Positions 1-13,318 are shown, counted from the first letter of the stretch. The stretch: 64,000 nucleotides of DNA from Eledone cirrhosa (GCA_964016885.1 OZ024740.1:174530001-174594000), one strand, 5' to 3'. The notes: a model not told the origin generated them from the sequence alone. Made by a program: numbers and translations.

Positions 1-117
1 CTGCAACATCGTCAGTGGTGCTATTGTTTCCTTCCGTTACATTGTATGTCTACGCCATTTTTATTTAGTCTGTCTATATACATATATATATTTCGTATAT
101 ATGTATATATATATATG

Positions 118-156
<39 letters not shown>

Positions 157-182
157 TTCGTATATATGTATATATATATATG

Positions 183-325
<143 letters not shown>

Positions 326-428
326 AAGTATATATCCCTACACGCAAAATACATATAGGGACACATGTATTATCCAACCATATGCCAATGTGGTTCTATG
401 GCAGGTTAATAAATTAACGAGCCAGAAC

Positions 429-933
429 ATATATAATCAAAGTTTAGCAAATGAGAAAAAGTTTTAAAATAAATTTAAAAAAATTCACTGTACTTGCTGT
501 AGTTACCTTTACCGTACGGTTTCGAGTCTTTGCGTGTTGGGATATATACTTTATTATTATTAATCACCCCCTGGTCGAGATAACATTTGGTCGTTTTGAC
601 TGCTGCTATTTATAGTAATAGTAGATTGACCTTTCCGCCTCTGCCTTCTATCTTTGCACACGGCACTGGACAGAATTGCTTCCACATCATTCATTCTCAT
701 CTCGGGAACAATTTGGAATAGCGCCAGTTCGTAATTCGAACTCGGGAATTTTATATTCTCCGAGTGAAAAGAACCTTCTGGCGAGAGTCTTTCTTTTCAA
801 TGAAGGCCCGTAAGGGCTATCCATTTATTTTTGAGACTCGAAACCGTACGGTAAAGGTAACCATAGCAGGTACAGTGAATTTTTTCAAATTTATTTTAAA
901 ACTTTTTCTTATTTGCTAAACCTTGATTATATA
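429..933. mobile_element. Foldback element (~100-bp inverted arms 429-529 / 834-933), likely a truncated Penelope-like pLTR inversion
   Basis: Arms are near-perfect reverse complements (ataatcaaagtttagcaaat...ccgtacggtttcgagtct / agactcgaaaccgtacgg...tttgctaaaccttgattat). TA-rich flanks. Contains an HHR motif. Confidence 0.7.
773..858 (+). ncRNA. Hammerhead ribozyme motif, one core substitution (CUGGCGA)
   Basis: ACCUU-CUGGCGA-GAGUCU...AGACUC-GAAA-CCGUACGG-UA-AAGGU. Stems I, II and palindromic III all pair. The A6G change is probably inactivating. Confidence 0.7.
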
Positions 934-1780
934 TATATATAGATTTACATATACATAAACTAGACAGAGCCATAGATATATATATATGTGTGTTTGGGGC
1001 AACCATTCACGGTGTGACTCAATGACGAATTAATTAATTAAATAATCAACAGTCAGAGCAATATACAAGAAAGTACGTCCATAGAATCATTTGATAAAAT
1101 ATATACAGTATTTCCTCTCCCAATAAGCATAATCAACCACACAAAAAATCAATTAAACAAGGCTATAAGATTAAAAGGCACCTATGAAGAAACAATAGAT
1201 AAATAAACGATAGCTATTATATTCGCGATCAACAGCCACAGAATATTTACCCAGTATTTCTAATAGCCCGTGGAAATCGATTAGATAAATAGCCAATCCA
1301 TTCACAATTAGGTACAAAATCAAAGTTAGAAGAAAAAATGTATATAAGCATACCAAAATTATGTCTCTACCCCATGAGATTTCATTCGCTTTTTGGAAAT
1401 ATCCGATCAAGGATAAATTCACGAGTTTCGAAATCATCAGGAAACAAACTCAATTGGACAAAGATTTTTCTTAAATGATCTTAAAATCTCACCGCCCCAC
1501 ATAATGACGTATTATCTTCTTCGATTTTTCCGTTCATTGCCAGAGAACGTCTCCACGAACCACCTAATAGAATATTAGTCTACGACTTCATTTATACCTT
1601 AAACGTGGTTTTGTCTTTGCGTGTATTTGTTTTCATCACTCCAAATAATGACGTATTATCTTCGTTTTTTCCGTCTTTACCTGGGAACGTTTCCACGAAC
1701 CAAAGTATCGTCTTCCTGTCTTCCTTCGGTTGTAACGTTTTTCGAAATATTTACTTCTGCGTTCACAGATTGATTTTTTT

Positions 1781-1831
1781 AGTTTCAGGAGATCCCGTTA
1801 AGGGTGAAAGCAGCGATTCTTTGCTTAAACT
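1781..1831 (+). ncRNA. Degenerate hammerhead remnant (second copy at 11504-11554)
   Basis: AGUUU-CAGGAGA-UCCCGUUAAGGGU-GAAA-GCA..UGC-UU-AAACU. The other copy has core UAGAAGA, so the implied ancestral core is CUGAAGA. Confidence 0.45.
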
Positions 1832-1867
1832 TTAATCTGTTATTTTAATAAATATATATATATATCG

Positions 1868-1973
<106 letters not shown>

Positions 1974-2040
1974 GCACACATATATATATACACACATATA
2001 TATATTTCGTATATATATATATATATAGATATATATAGAT

Positions 2041-2134
<94 letters not shown>

Positions 2135-2439
2135 GAAAAGTAAACGAAAACAACAAAACAAACAATACAGTACTATGAAGAAATATATTAGTTTAACTCT
2201 TGATACAGTAGGAAAAGATTCTTAACGTTTCGGACACCAGTCCTGCATCTGAAGATAGAGTAGGAAATAAAAGAAGAAATAGAAATATAGATAGTGAGAA
2301 GAGGAAGGAACGGAAAAATGTTTTGGAGGAAAAGCTCTCTCCAAAATATGATCTTTCCGTTCCTTCTAGTTTTTACGCATATATATATATATAACTGGGG
2401 GCTGGGGGGATTCTAAGAACGCAGCGTTGCAGGATGATT

Positions 2440-2755
2440 GGGAAGCTCGCTTCGCAATCATTTGGTCCGGGTTATATCCCACTGTGTGGCATCTTCGGCA
2501 GGTGGCATTTACCATAGCTTCGACTCGACCCAAGCCTTCTGAATGGAAATGGCTAGGTGGAAATCTGTTGAAAGCCCGTCGGATGTAGTATAATTCCACC
2601 ATTTTCGCACACTATCACATGCTGGATCTCTCAGAGAATTACGTTAAGTGTACACGTGTCTGTGAAATGCTCAAACACTAACACGTTAAATCTATGAGCA
2701 AACTTTTCTGCTGATCGAACTACTGGAACACTCATCGTCGAAACCCAGAGGAGTT
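2440..2755 (+). mobile_element. Old SINE-like interspersed repeat (related copies ~47770-48080, 54500-54840, 55135-55685)
   Basis: Shared block gaattacgttaagtgtacacgtgtctgtgaaatgctca...tcatcgtcgaaac. The 55135 copy has a tRNA-like head. Confidence 0.5.
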
Positions 2756-3421
2756 CATCCTAGTCTGAGTGGGAATGGGCAACACTCATGGCGCTTTTCG
2801 GAGTTTTTGAGATGGTAAGATCGTAGACCTGACTCCAATGTTTGCAGTATAGCGGTCTCCACTAACACATGGCACAGGCCAAGGGATCATCGTAAGTACA
2901 GCTGCAAAATTCACCCAGTGCCCTTACGATGTTGATATATCACGTTAAAAACATGTAGGATGGGGTTTCTCGTTTGAGAACTGGTGACTTCATTGTAAAG
3001 TATTAGCATATCTTGCCATTAAGGCTAGGGAATTCAGCAGACATTTCAATATTAGCCAAATGTCTGTCCCATTTGAATTGAAAAATCTTGGAAAAGGTTT
3101 AAATGTGCCCTAAAAAACCTATCTGTGTGTAAAACATGAAAAACAGTATGTTGATTTTTGTAAGGGCTTGCATACACGACAACCCCTGATGTCTATCATG
3201 GACAGAACTGTTACTTACGATGAGTGGTGGATTCTTATCACAATATTAAGCGCCATTATCAATTGCTTATACACGTTTCTGGTATATTTCTGAACACACA
3301 AGCCAAAACCGTTTGGCGCTGCATTGGGGATTTATATATCTCTATACCCACTCTACATCTTCCCATGCATTGAATACTCTCATGATTAGTGGTTTCCCCG
3401 GTCTCAACACCGCAGACTCTC

Positions 3422-3551
<130 letters not shown>

Positions 3552-3750
3552 TTAATTAAATTAAATTAACGGCTCCTTAATTGTAGAGCTTATTCAGTTG
3601 AAAGGACCTTGCTGCTATTTATAGCTGTTATCACCCTATTCACGCCAATGTGGTGACGCTAGCATGTTGTTAGTAGTTTTAGAAATGCAACACGTGCGAT
3701 GGCTCACTCGCAGATTTGCATTAGATGTGTAAGCACAGATCGTTAAATCT

Positions 3751-3812
3751 TAAATAGCTCTGTTCTATTCATAGAGCACTCTTTTTTCCTTTGTTTTTTC
3801 TTCGGAATTACC

Positions 3813-3887
<75 letters not shown>

Positions 3888-3889
3888 AT

Positions 3890-3936
<47 letters not shown>

Positions 3937-3998
3937 GGAAATTCCGAAGAAAAAGCAAGGAAAAATGAGTTCTCTATGTATAGAACAGAGCTATTTAA
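3751..3998. repeat. Inverted repeat around a (CA)n-(TA)n-(GT)n centre
   Basis: taaatagctctgttctattcatagagcactc...cggaattacctaac mirrored by gttaggaaattccg...gagttctctatgtatagaacagagctattta. Confidence 0.7.
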
Positions 3999-4145
3999 TT
4001 AGAACGTGAACAACACAAATATAACTACTCCATTACCAAAGGTTTCTGAATCCCAGACAATAATAATATACCTCTAGATCGGTCGTCAGACAGAGATGTT
4101 ATAGATAAATATAACAAGTAGTTATATTTTGTGTTGTTCCCTTTC

Positions 4146-4234
<89 letters not shown>

Positions 4235-4300
4235 AAAGGGTAAACAGAAATAACAACACAATCGGTACAGCATATGGAAGGTATATATTAGGTTAACGCT

Positions 4301-4391
<91 letters not shown>

Positions 4392-5979
4392 TGTATGTAT
4401 GTATGTATGTATGTATGTATGTATATATATATGAATGAAAAGATGGCGTGCTGCGTTGTTGCGAATGTGAACATATAAATGAAAATAGACCGAGAAACAG
4501 GATTGTCCATCATCAGTAGTCTGCTAATTATCATTGTATTTCTTCGCATTAAAGACTAGATACCTAAAATCAGTGCGAGCGATAACTAAATTAAGTTATC
4601 GGGACAGAGCGAATTGGAAGGGGAAATGAAACAAACAACATGTTAGTAATACAACGTAAAGAGAGGAAAAGAGAGACAAGTCAATGAATCTTGTGCGCAT
4701 AAGAACAGATCAAATGACGAGAAGAGGCAGACACGTCCGAGCCACGCGAAAAGTGAGAGAGAAAAGAATTTCACACAGGTCAGGCGGGAGGAAGTGAGAG
4801 AGGGGGAGTGAAAGTATGAGGAAGAGGCCAGCCAAGAGTGTGTGATCAGCAGTGGGGGGTAAAAGAAAGCAAGAGGTAAAGGAGAGAGAAGGGGGAGAGA
4901 GAAGGGGGAGAGAGAAGGGGGAGAGAGAAGGGGGAGAGAGAAGGGGGAGAGAGAAGGGGGAGAGAGAAAGAGGATAGCAATAAGGTGACAGAAAAAATAC
5001 GAAACAGAGAAGGAAAAAAATATATGTGAATGAAAAAATGGCGTGCTGCGTTGTTGCGAATGTGAACATATGAATAAAAATAGACCGAGAAACAGGATTG
5101 TCCATCAATAATCATAAGAAGTTGACGGACCCAGCATATTTAACAATGCCAGGACAGGTTGTATTTCAGCCTACTCAATAGATAATGTAGAATACATTCC
5201 AGAGTATACACATAGTTATTCGCTTCAATACAACACACGTAAAACGGGTGCCTATATTAGTTCCCGGACTCGAGTTTTGGCCACACTTAATGCAGCGGTA
5301 GGGTGCACTGCACCCTCTGACTGCATATATTATGCAACAATGCATAATCGGTGCATGTGGATTCATCAATATATATATATATATATGTGTGTGGGGTGGG
5401 GGGGGGTATATCGTATATTTATTTTATATTCTGTTTGGAGACACATTTATTTACTAATTTTTATTTCTACTTACTGAAGCTAGATGTTGGATGAAATTCA
5501 TGAAGTGATCTTTAGTCTAAATTGCCTGAGGATCTTTGTGTTATACTATGATTTGAACAGTAGGCTGTGATTTTAGCCGGTTGAGGAAGCGTGTAGGGGC
5601 TTGTTATTTGGCACATGCTTCGTGGCGATAACTTCGAAGACAAAACAAGTTTAGAGTTTAATTACAAGATAGTAATAAAATCTGGCAGTGCCAAAGATTA
5701 TGTCGGTAGCATAAATGACGTTATGGTGATTGTTATGTAAAATGACAGCTGTGTCACTGATGGAAATAACACAAATGACAATAAGTACAAAAATCTGTGA
5801 ATGAAACATATCTTCCACTTAGTTACTAGACTTGAAATGCTGATTTAAACAGACAGGAACATATTTTTAAAGGTATCATTAATATTGTTATTGCTGTTGC
5901 TGTTATTATTAATATTATTATTATTATTATTATTACTATTATTATTATTATTTATTATTATTATTATTATTATTGTTGT

Positions 5980-7275
5980 TCTTTGAGTCTCAGTCATTGA
6001 TGTTAGTTAACTGGAAAGTTTGTTGAAATGAATATCAAGCCACTACCTGCAGCCTCAGATATTCAGGACGTATCGGAGGGTTCTTGCTGTTCCCAGCAAG
6101 CATGCCTTTTGACGCGTTCCAAAAAGCGTGAAGGGGCCAATTTTCTTTAACCATCCCTGGAAACTTTTTGAGATAGTACCTAGTGCGCCTATGACAATCG
6201 GGACCACTTTGACTTCATGGCAGTTCCAAATCCTTTTTACCTCCCACTTTAAGTCCTGGTATCGGTTAATTTTCTCCCTCTCCTTCTCTTGCACTCTAGT
6301 GTCGAATGGGCAGGCCACATCCACAATCAGGCACGATCTTTTTTCTTTGTCCAAAGCCACCAGGTCAGGTCTATTGTGTTCCAGTTTCTTGTCCGTCTGT
6401 ATCCTAAAATCCCACAGCACCTTCACCTGATCGTTTTCTATCACCGACTCTGGCTTATGCTCATACCACTTCTCAGAATGTGGTAAATTGTTTACTTTGC
6501 ATAGGTGCCAGTGGATCACCCTGCCCATCACATCATGTCTCCAGCCCTTATAGTGAGTCTGGGCTAGGTGTTTACACTCGGATACAATGTGAGCCACAGT
6601 CTCCTCTCTCTCTCCACAGATCCTGCACAGTGGGCTAGCCTCCTCCTTGTAAATATGGTGTTTCAACCACTTCGTTTTGAGGGCCTGCTCTTGCGCGGCC
6701 ATTAACATTCCTTCTGTAGCCTTTTTAAGGTCTCCTCTTTTCAACCAGCTCCATGTCTGTGGATCTCTGAATTCAGTTTTCTCAAAGAAGGTACTATGAA
6801 GGGATTTTTCATGGAGGCTGCTCTTTCTCCTTGTTGTTATTTCCTCCTTGGACATCCCATGATCTATTGTCCTCTCCTTCAGTACAATTCTGAGCATTGG
6901 CTCCTTACTATCAGTCACGTATTTGTGTAGGTTGTTTTTCTCCATCTGAACACAGTCCTCTATGCTGATAAGACCTCTTCCACCTTCAGATCTCCTTAAG
7001 TAGAGTCTATCGACATCACTCCTCTTGTGGAACATGTTGTAGATAGTCAATAGCTTCCTAGTCTTCCTATCCATTTCTTTTTGTTCAGCAACATTCCATC
7101 TCAAAATTCCCGCACTGTACCTAATAATAGACACAGCTCGGGAATTTACTGCACTTATGGCATTCCTACTGTTCAGATGTGACTTTAATACGCTCCTTAC
7201 TCTCCGAATGTATTCAGATCTTATCAATTCCTTCATTTTTTTGTTTTTGATGTCATCAGCCTCCAGAACACCCAA

Positions 7276-7276
<1 letters not shown>
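5980..7276 (-). mobile_element. 5'-truncated R4/Dong-like non-LTR retrotransposon inserted in (TAA)n
   Basis: ORF with RT thumb region, CCHC knuckle and REL motifs, short 3' UTR, (TAA)n on both sides. TAA-repeat targeting is known for Dong. Confidence 0.85.
6055..7276 (-). CDS. C-terminal part of a REL-endonuclease retrotransposon ORF (thumb, zinc knuckle, restriction-like endonuclease)
   Basis: GGRGL; CRICGEREETVAHIVSEC; RHD; WDFRIQTD; RPDLV..IVDVACP; KEREKINRYQDL; PIVIGALG. Frame is open to the stop at 6055. Confidence 0.85.
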
Positions 7277-7317
<41 letters not shown>

Positions 7318-7318
7318 A

Positions 7319-7503
7319 GGGCGGTGGATTGGCAGTATCGGTAGAGGGTCGGACGCCATGCTTTCCAGCATAGTTACGTCCCTTTACGATCGGAGTTCAA
7401 ATCCCGCCGAGGTTGACTTTGCCTTTCATCCTTACGGGGTCGATAAAATAAAGTACCAGTAATACACTGGGTAATTGCTGGCCTTGTGCCTAAAGTAGAA
7501 ACA

Positions 7504-7506
<3 letters not shown>
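7319..7506 (+). mobile_element. tRNA-derived SINE, family A (young, high copy)
   Basis: A-box TGGCAGTATCGG, B-box GAGTTCAAATCC, core gcctttcatccttacggggtcgataaaataaagtaccag, tail aaagtagaaacaatta. More than 10 near-identical copies in the window. Confidence 0.9.
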
Positions 7507-7564
<58 letters not shown>

Positions 7565-7678
7565 GTGTTGTTGTTGTTGTTGTTGTTGTTGTTGTATATA
7601 CATCCTGTACATACAATTATATACCTTCATACATACAGATACACACACACTCTCTCTCTCCCCACACACACACGCACG

Positions 7679-7767
<89 letters not shown>

Positions 7768-8126
7768 TTATCGAACTTCAAGCACTGAAACTACGAGGGT
7801 CTTCGGCAGTCGACTGTTGAGAGGGGACTGTCCTGTGTTTCGTCAGTTTTTCTGTTGACTTCAGCCAACATTTATTACTGATTTTGTATGATCTTAGCCA
7901 GATGAGACGTTTTTTCAAATTTATATATATATTCCTATTACCCACTCTACTACCCTAAGTATTGAGTACTTTGGTGCGTTATGGTCCACCTGGTTCCTTA
8001 CCACATTTCCTTCGTTATATATATATATATATATATATATAGTATGTAATTCAGTGAATTACTGGTGGTGGTATTAAAACAAGCACTCTATGCACAGGCA
8101 GAGTGTTTATATTAAGAAGAAAAAAA

Positions 8127-8355
8127 ACGATGAAGTTTCGTTTACAAGTATTACATTTTTTATTGTATATCGACCTGTTACGCGCGTTTCGCAGTTGATT
8201 GGCTCAAGATCACCCATAGGAGTTAGAGATCCGATTCCATTATCAATACGCTCTTCGGCCTGGTAATGTGGCCACAAATATAGTATTTGTTCAAACGCGC
8301 ATAACAGGTCGATACACAATAAAATTCTAATACATGTAGACGAAACTTCATCATG
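8127..8355. mobile_element. Foldback element with a degenerate HHR on the minus strand (related fragment 49110-49245)
   Basis: Inverted arms ~8127-8190 / 8293-8355. Minus strand reads CCGAAGA-GCG...CUGC-GAAA-CGCGCG-UA-ACAGG. The 49125 copy has CUGAAGA-GCAG. Confidence 0.55.
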
Positions 8356-8404
8356 TTTTTAATATATATATACATATATACATACTAGATCCATAACCAG
8401 GGCA

Positions 8405-9785
8405 GTGGTGAAGAGTGTCTCGGACAGGATCTCCAGCCTATCCGCAAGTAAGCAAATATTCAATAACCACGCGGAATATTACAACGCAGCTCTAAAGAAG
8501 GCGGCACATGGACAAAATATAACATATAGTCCGAAAAGCCGGGATGGGGATAGACCAACAGACACCCACAACCGCGTTTCCCGGGGGGGGGAGGGCGAAC
8601 CCTAACAATACAGGCAGAGCAGAATCAAATAGGCACCATGTGCCCGACACCACCACACGGGCGGTGGGGACTAGTGCGATTGACCACGAGATGGACCACA
8701 TTATGAGTAGTAGTCTCAGGCGTGTCGCTAACCACCCCAGGACGGACGACCCCAACCGCAGGACACGTTGGGGGGGAGGGGGGAACAGGCGACCACCCCA
8801 CGATGGATCTCCCGGGGCGGACAACGACCACCCCACAAATTCGGGCCGCGAAGATAACAAAAAGCATAGAGCCCAAAGGGGAAGCAACAGTGCGGAAATC
8901 ACCAGCAACCCAACAAATCTCCAACAAATCACGAAGCCCCCGACCCACACATATAGGAGGAGACACCGAAAAATCACGTGGTACAACCCACCCTACTCAG
9001 CGGCCCTAAAGAAAAGCTGGCCCAATTATTCTTTGGAGCACTTGACAAATGCTTCCCGAGGGACCACAGATACCTCAGGCTCTTCAACAGACGCACTGTG
9101 AAGCTTTCGTATTCCACCACGAGAAACTTGGCCCAAACACATAGCTAGCATCAAGAGAAGTAGGCTTAAAAACCACACACAACCAGAAGATGGCAATACA
9201 AACACTCAGTAGAACCATGTGAAAGGAGGGAAGGGGAGACCCAGAGCCCGCCCAAGAAACCCAAACAAACCCGAGGACCTCCCACCGAGCCTGGGGGAAG
9301 ACCAACATGTAACACATAACGGGAACCCTAATCTAGGCACGCAGAGGCCGAACACCCTCTGCAACTGCAGAAACCCCGAATCATGCCCCCTTGGTAATGA
9401 ATGCCTCAAGAAGAACCTAGTGTACGGTTGTAGGGTTAAAACCCCCAACTCCGAACACCTCTACATAGGAGCCACATCAACGAGCTTTAAAGACCGCTGG
9501 TACAACCATCGCCATTCATTCAAGAAGGAGGGCAAAAGGAAAAGCACAGCTCTCTCCGACCTGATCTGGAAGCTTAAGCTGGACAGGACCCCATACTCTC
9601 TGGTCTGGTATATAATCAGGAAAGTACCACCCGATAAAGGGGGTTCTTGCATATGCAAACTATGCCTGAACGAGACCCTCGAGATACTAAGAGGTGGAAG
9701 CGGCCTGATAAACCTCAGAACCGACTTCTTCGGGACATGCAGACACCTTAGAGCCGGGACCTTTCTCAAGATATATGGACAGTAG
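8405..9785 (+). pseudogene. Frameshifted Penelope RT-thumb / linker / GIY-YIG endonuclease
   Basis: RISSLSASKQIFNNHAEYYNAALK; RKITWYNPPYS; CNCRNPESCPLGNECL; VYGC..YIGATSTSFKDRWYNHRHSF; STALS; CKLCLNE; CRH. Split over three ORFs. Confidence 0.85.
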
Positions 9786-10220
9786 CAACACAAGAAGATG
9801 TGAACTCCCCTCAAGCTATAGGGACTTCTACTGAACATGAAAACACCTCTCGGCCAGACCTCCCTCAAGCTATATGGGCAGTAACAAACCCTAGGTTGTG
9901 AACTCCCCTCAAGCCATAGGGAACAATAATTTGGCCAGCATCTATATAACACAAACACTTTTTAATTTACTAGATTTCTGATTTTCAAGTTCCAATCTTA
10001 AATCTTGATTTCTCTTTATTAATTTGTTATTTGTTTTCTGCCCTCTTCACTGTATCACCTTATATTTATTTTCAAGTTGAGATTGATTATAACACAAACA
10101 CATTTAGTTTGATTATCTCATCTTAACATCTTGTCTCATACCAATCTATCCAACATATTCTGACCTTGAGATTGGTTAAGCACGCACACACTTTATCCTA
10201 CATTATTTCTCACTTCACCA

Positions 10221-10409
10221 GGGCGGTGGATTGGCAGTATCGGTAGAGGTTCGGACGCCATGCTTTCCAGCATAGTTACGTCCCTTTATGATCTGAGTTC
10301 AAATCCCGCCGAGGTTGACTTTGCCTTTCATCCTTACGGGGTCGATAAAATAAAGTACCAGTAATGCACTGGATAATTGCTGGCCTTGTGCCTAAAGTAG
10401 AAACAATTA
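10221..10409 (+). mobile_element. SINE family A with target-site duplication
   Basis: Full-length copy. attatttctcacttc(a/t)cca is repeated at 10202-10220 and 10406-10424. Confidence 0.9.
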
Positions 10410-11145
10410 TTTCTCACTTCTCCATATTCATTTTCATTACTTTTTCACCAATTTTTCATTTATTCTTTATTCTTTATTCTTTATTCTCTATTTATTTATT
10501 TATTTTCAAATTATACAAATTATAATAATTATTTTATTATATTATTTATTTATTTTCTGTTTTCTTCATTTATTGCCTTATATTTCTTCATATACATGGA
10601 AGAAGCCCCCCCCCCACCACCACCACCACTATGATGGTGGCTGGAGGGATGAAGAAAAAACACACACTGGATACTTCTAAATTGTTAGCACCAGCAAGAT
10701 ATAAGCTGACCACAACACCAACAACACTACCAAAATAATGGTAGAGGTCAAATGTACTGAACAATAGCAAGCAAAAACACTACAGGGAGCCTCATCCCAG
10801 AAAGAATTCTATAGACTTCTGACTGAGGAATGCTCTCAGAACTGACCAATGGGAAGTTTGACACTTTTTTTGTTATTTTGTTCCTTTAACACCTTGTCCC
10901 TTCTACCATTCTATCAATTTTTTAAGCTAACTCCAGCAATAACAACACTTAGAATGAGGAATGTTCTAATAACTGACCAATGAGAGGAGAAGAGGACCTT
11001 TTACACTGAAATTCGTTTGTTTGAATTCATATGACTCCAGTTCCTCAGTGAAATAACAACCCAACAAAGAACTGGGCATATCAGAATATTGACAATATTA
11101 TACACCTAAACAACATATGTACTTGTCTATACCATACTAATTCAA

Positions 11146-11207
11146 ACTGCCTGAAGACTGAAGAGGTCACAGCCAAAGATGGCTGTCACTGAAATATATA
11201 TAGCAGT
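11146..11207 (+). ncRNA. Minimal HHR with a duplicated CUGAAGA, in the presumed Penelope pLTR
   Basis: ACUGC-CUGAAGA-CUGAAGA-GGUCACAGCCA-AAGA-UGGCUGUCACU-GAAA-UAUAUA-UA-GCAGU. Confidence 0.75.
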
Positions 11208-11254
11208 AATAAACGAAGCTAAATTTTAATCATTTGACTTTTATTTAACTTTTT

Positions 11255-11309
<55 letters not shown>

Positions 11310-11312
<3 letters not shown>

Positions 11313-11428
11313 AAGTATGACCTCGACGGCAGAGCTCAAGCCGTTTCGACGGCTATTTCTTAACGCACCAGAGTATTGAGTACTCTGGTGCGTTATGGCC
11401 TCTCTGGTTCCTTACCACAATTCCTTTG

Positions 11429-11430
<2 letters not shown>
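11310..11430. mobile_element. Family B TA-inserted fragment (HHR 3' half plus tail); related copies 7931-8017, 17911-18080, 19399-19549, 33414-33578
   Basis: Shared gacggcagagctcaagccgtttcgacggcta and tail gagtactctggtgcgttatgg...ggttccttaccaca. Confidence 0.7.
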
Positions 11431-11505
<75 letters not shown>

Positions 11506-11574
11506 TTTTAGAAGATCCCGTAAAGGGTGAAAGCACCGATTCTTTGCTTAAACTTTAATCTGTTATTTTAATAA

Positions 11575-11630
<56 letters not shown>

Positions 11631-11854
11631 GATAAATATGATAAATTTGATAAATATGTCTTCAAGAGACCACTGGTAAATGAAATAATTGTCTTATGTT
11701 GTTTATTACATAACTAATAATCTCTGTAGCCTACATAGAGCACTCTCTTTTCCTGTACCTTTCCTACGGAAATATTTCATATATATATATATATATATAA
11801 TATATATATATTTTATCGTTCCTGGGGGTTTTAACCCTAGGATAGGAAAATGCT

Positions 11855-11930
11855 TCTCTGATGATCTTTGCTTTTCCATTAATATCCACGTGATATCTAA
11901 TGTTTTGCAACATGAAACTGTACAGTTAGG
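11855..11930 (+). ncRNA. Degenerate HHR motif
   Basis: CUGAUGA (11858-64)...UUGC/GCAA stem II...GAAA-CUGUACAG-UU. Stem I is weak. Confidence 0.45.
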
Positions 11931-12048
11931 TCCATTTGAATAGGTAAATATTTATATTATATTTTTTAATTTTGATTAATTTTAATTGTATATTAATTTT
12001 GATTTATTTTGAAAAATTGGTTGAATTTTACTTGTTCTGCTTATCTTG

Positions 12049-12074
<26 letters not shown>

Positions 12075-12080
<6 letters not shown>

Positions 12081-12345
12081 TAATATAGAAATTGATTCTA
12101 CAGGGCTAGAACTGTTTCATTCGAAAGAAATTATCGGGTAAACCGACTGTCATTGTAATATGGTTGTAGTATGTTTTCTGGTGGTTGGGGAAAGTGATGG
12201 TTTTGTGGATGGGCAAAGATCGTTGATTTCTTTCGAATGAAACAGTTCTAGTCTTGTAGAAGACATTTCTATATTAAATTTGATGTTTACGCTCTACAAA
12301 TGTATTGAGTACCTTACTGTAGTTGCCCCCGATTGAACACAGGAC
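12075..12345. mobile_element. Family C foldback (HHR 3' half GAAACAGUUCUAGUC); related copies 19763-20000 and 46025-46068
   Basis: Inverted arms ~12078-12130 / 12226-12278, flanked by microsatellites. Confidence 0.6.
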
Positions 12346-12449
<104 letters not shown>

Positions 12450-12468
12450 GTACATATATGTACATATA

Positions 12469-12500
<32 letters not shown>

Positions 12501-12593
12501 CTGTATATGTGTATATATAGTCAAGAACTATTCACTCCCCTTCTAGTAATACAGAAGAAATTCCTGATTAACAGGCCTTTGATTTGACCATTA

Positions 12594-12675
<82 letters not shown>

Positions 12676-13268
12676 TCTCACTCTTTATTTCGCAACGAAA
12701 TAGAACTTAGAAGGCCAAGGCTAAACAGAAAAAAATGAATGGAATAACAACAACACCCAAACAAACAACACTGATCTAAGAGAAGTATAAATAAATAAAT
12801 ACATACACAAGCACAATAACAACAAACACATATAAACACACACTAGTAAACTAAGATAGAATACAATAACCAATACACAGTCACCCAAACACGAACACAC
12901 ATCAAACAAAACACTATACACACACGCAAACGCATGCGCAGAGAAGACAAAAAAAAAATAAATAAACAGACTAAATAAAGATGGCATAGGCATACAATAC
13001 ATAATAGCACCACTGACGATGTTGCATATGTGCAACGAAAGAACTTTGTTAGACTATATATATGTGTTTGTGTCTATATTGTATCTGTATTTTTGACCGT
13101 TGGTCAGTCAATGGCAACATTGAGGACCGAATAAATTAAATTAACCGATATAAAAGACACAGAAGCGAAAACCAACCAAACAGTGAGTGTGTTCTGTTAT
13201 TAATTCTGGCAATATTATTACACAAATATGACCCTCCCCATATATATATATGTATATATATATATACA

Positions 13269-13318
<50 letters not shown>

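Larger units (their letters stand above)
8388..11250 (+). mobile_element. 5'-truncated Penelope-like element (Neptune-type), with a probable 3' pLTR/HHR at ~11030-11250
   Basis: RT C-terminal and GIY-YIG coding remnants, then a long AT-rich 3' region ending in an HHR-bearing segment and (TA)n. Linkage of the 11030-11250 segment to the ORF is inferred from position and orientation. Confidence 0.75.

Noticed and set aside
4485-4525. CUGAUGA-UGGACAAUCC on the minus strand (partial duplicate at 5030-5107)
   Set aside because: No GAAA box follows, so an HHR cannot be folded. At best a deleted remnant.
5980-6054. Dong-like element as the partner of SINE A
   Set aside because: The 3' ends share no visible similarity, and the flanking triplet orientation differs (AAT versus ATT).
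7319-7410. tRNA-like A/B boxes here and in other copies
   Set aside because: These are SINE heads with no cloverleaf, followed by the SINE core, not tRNA genes.
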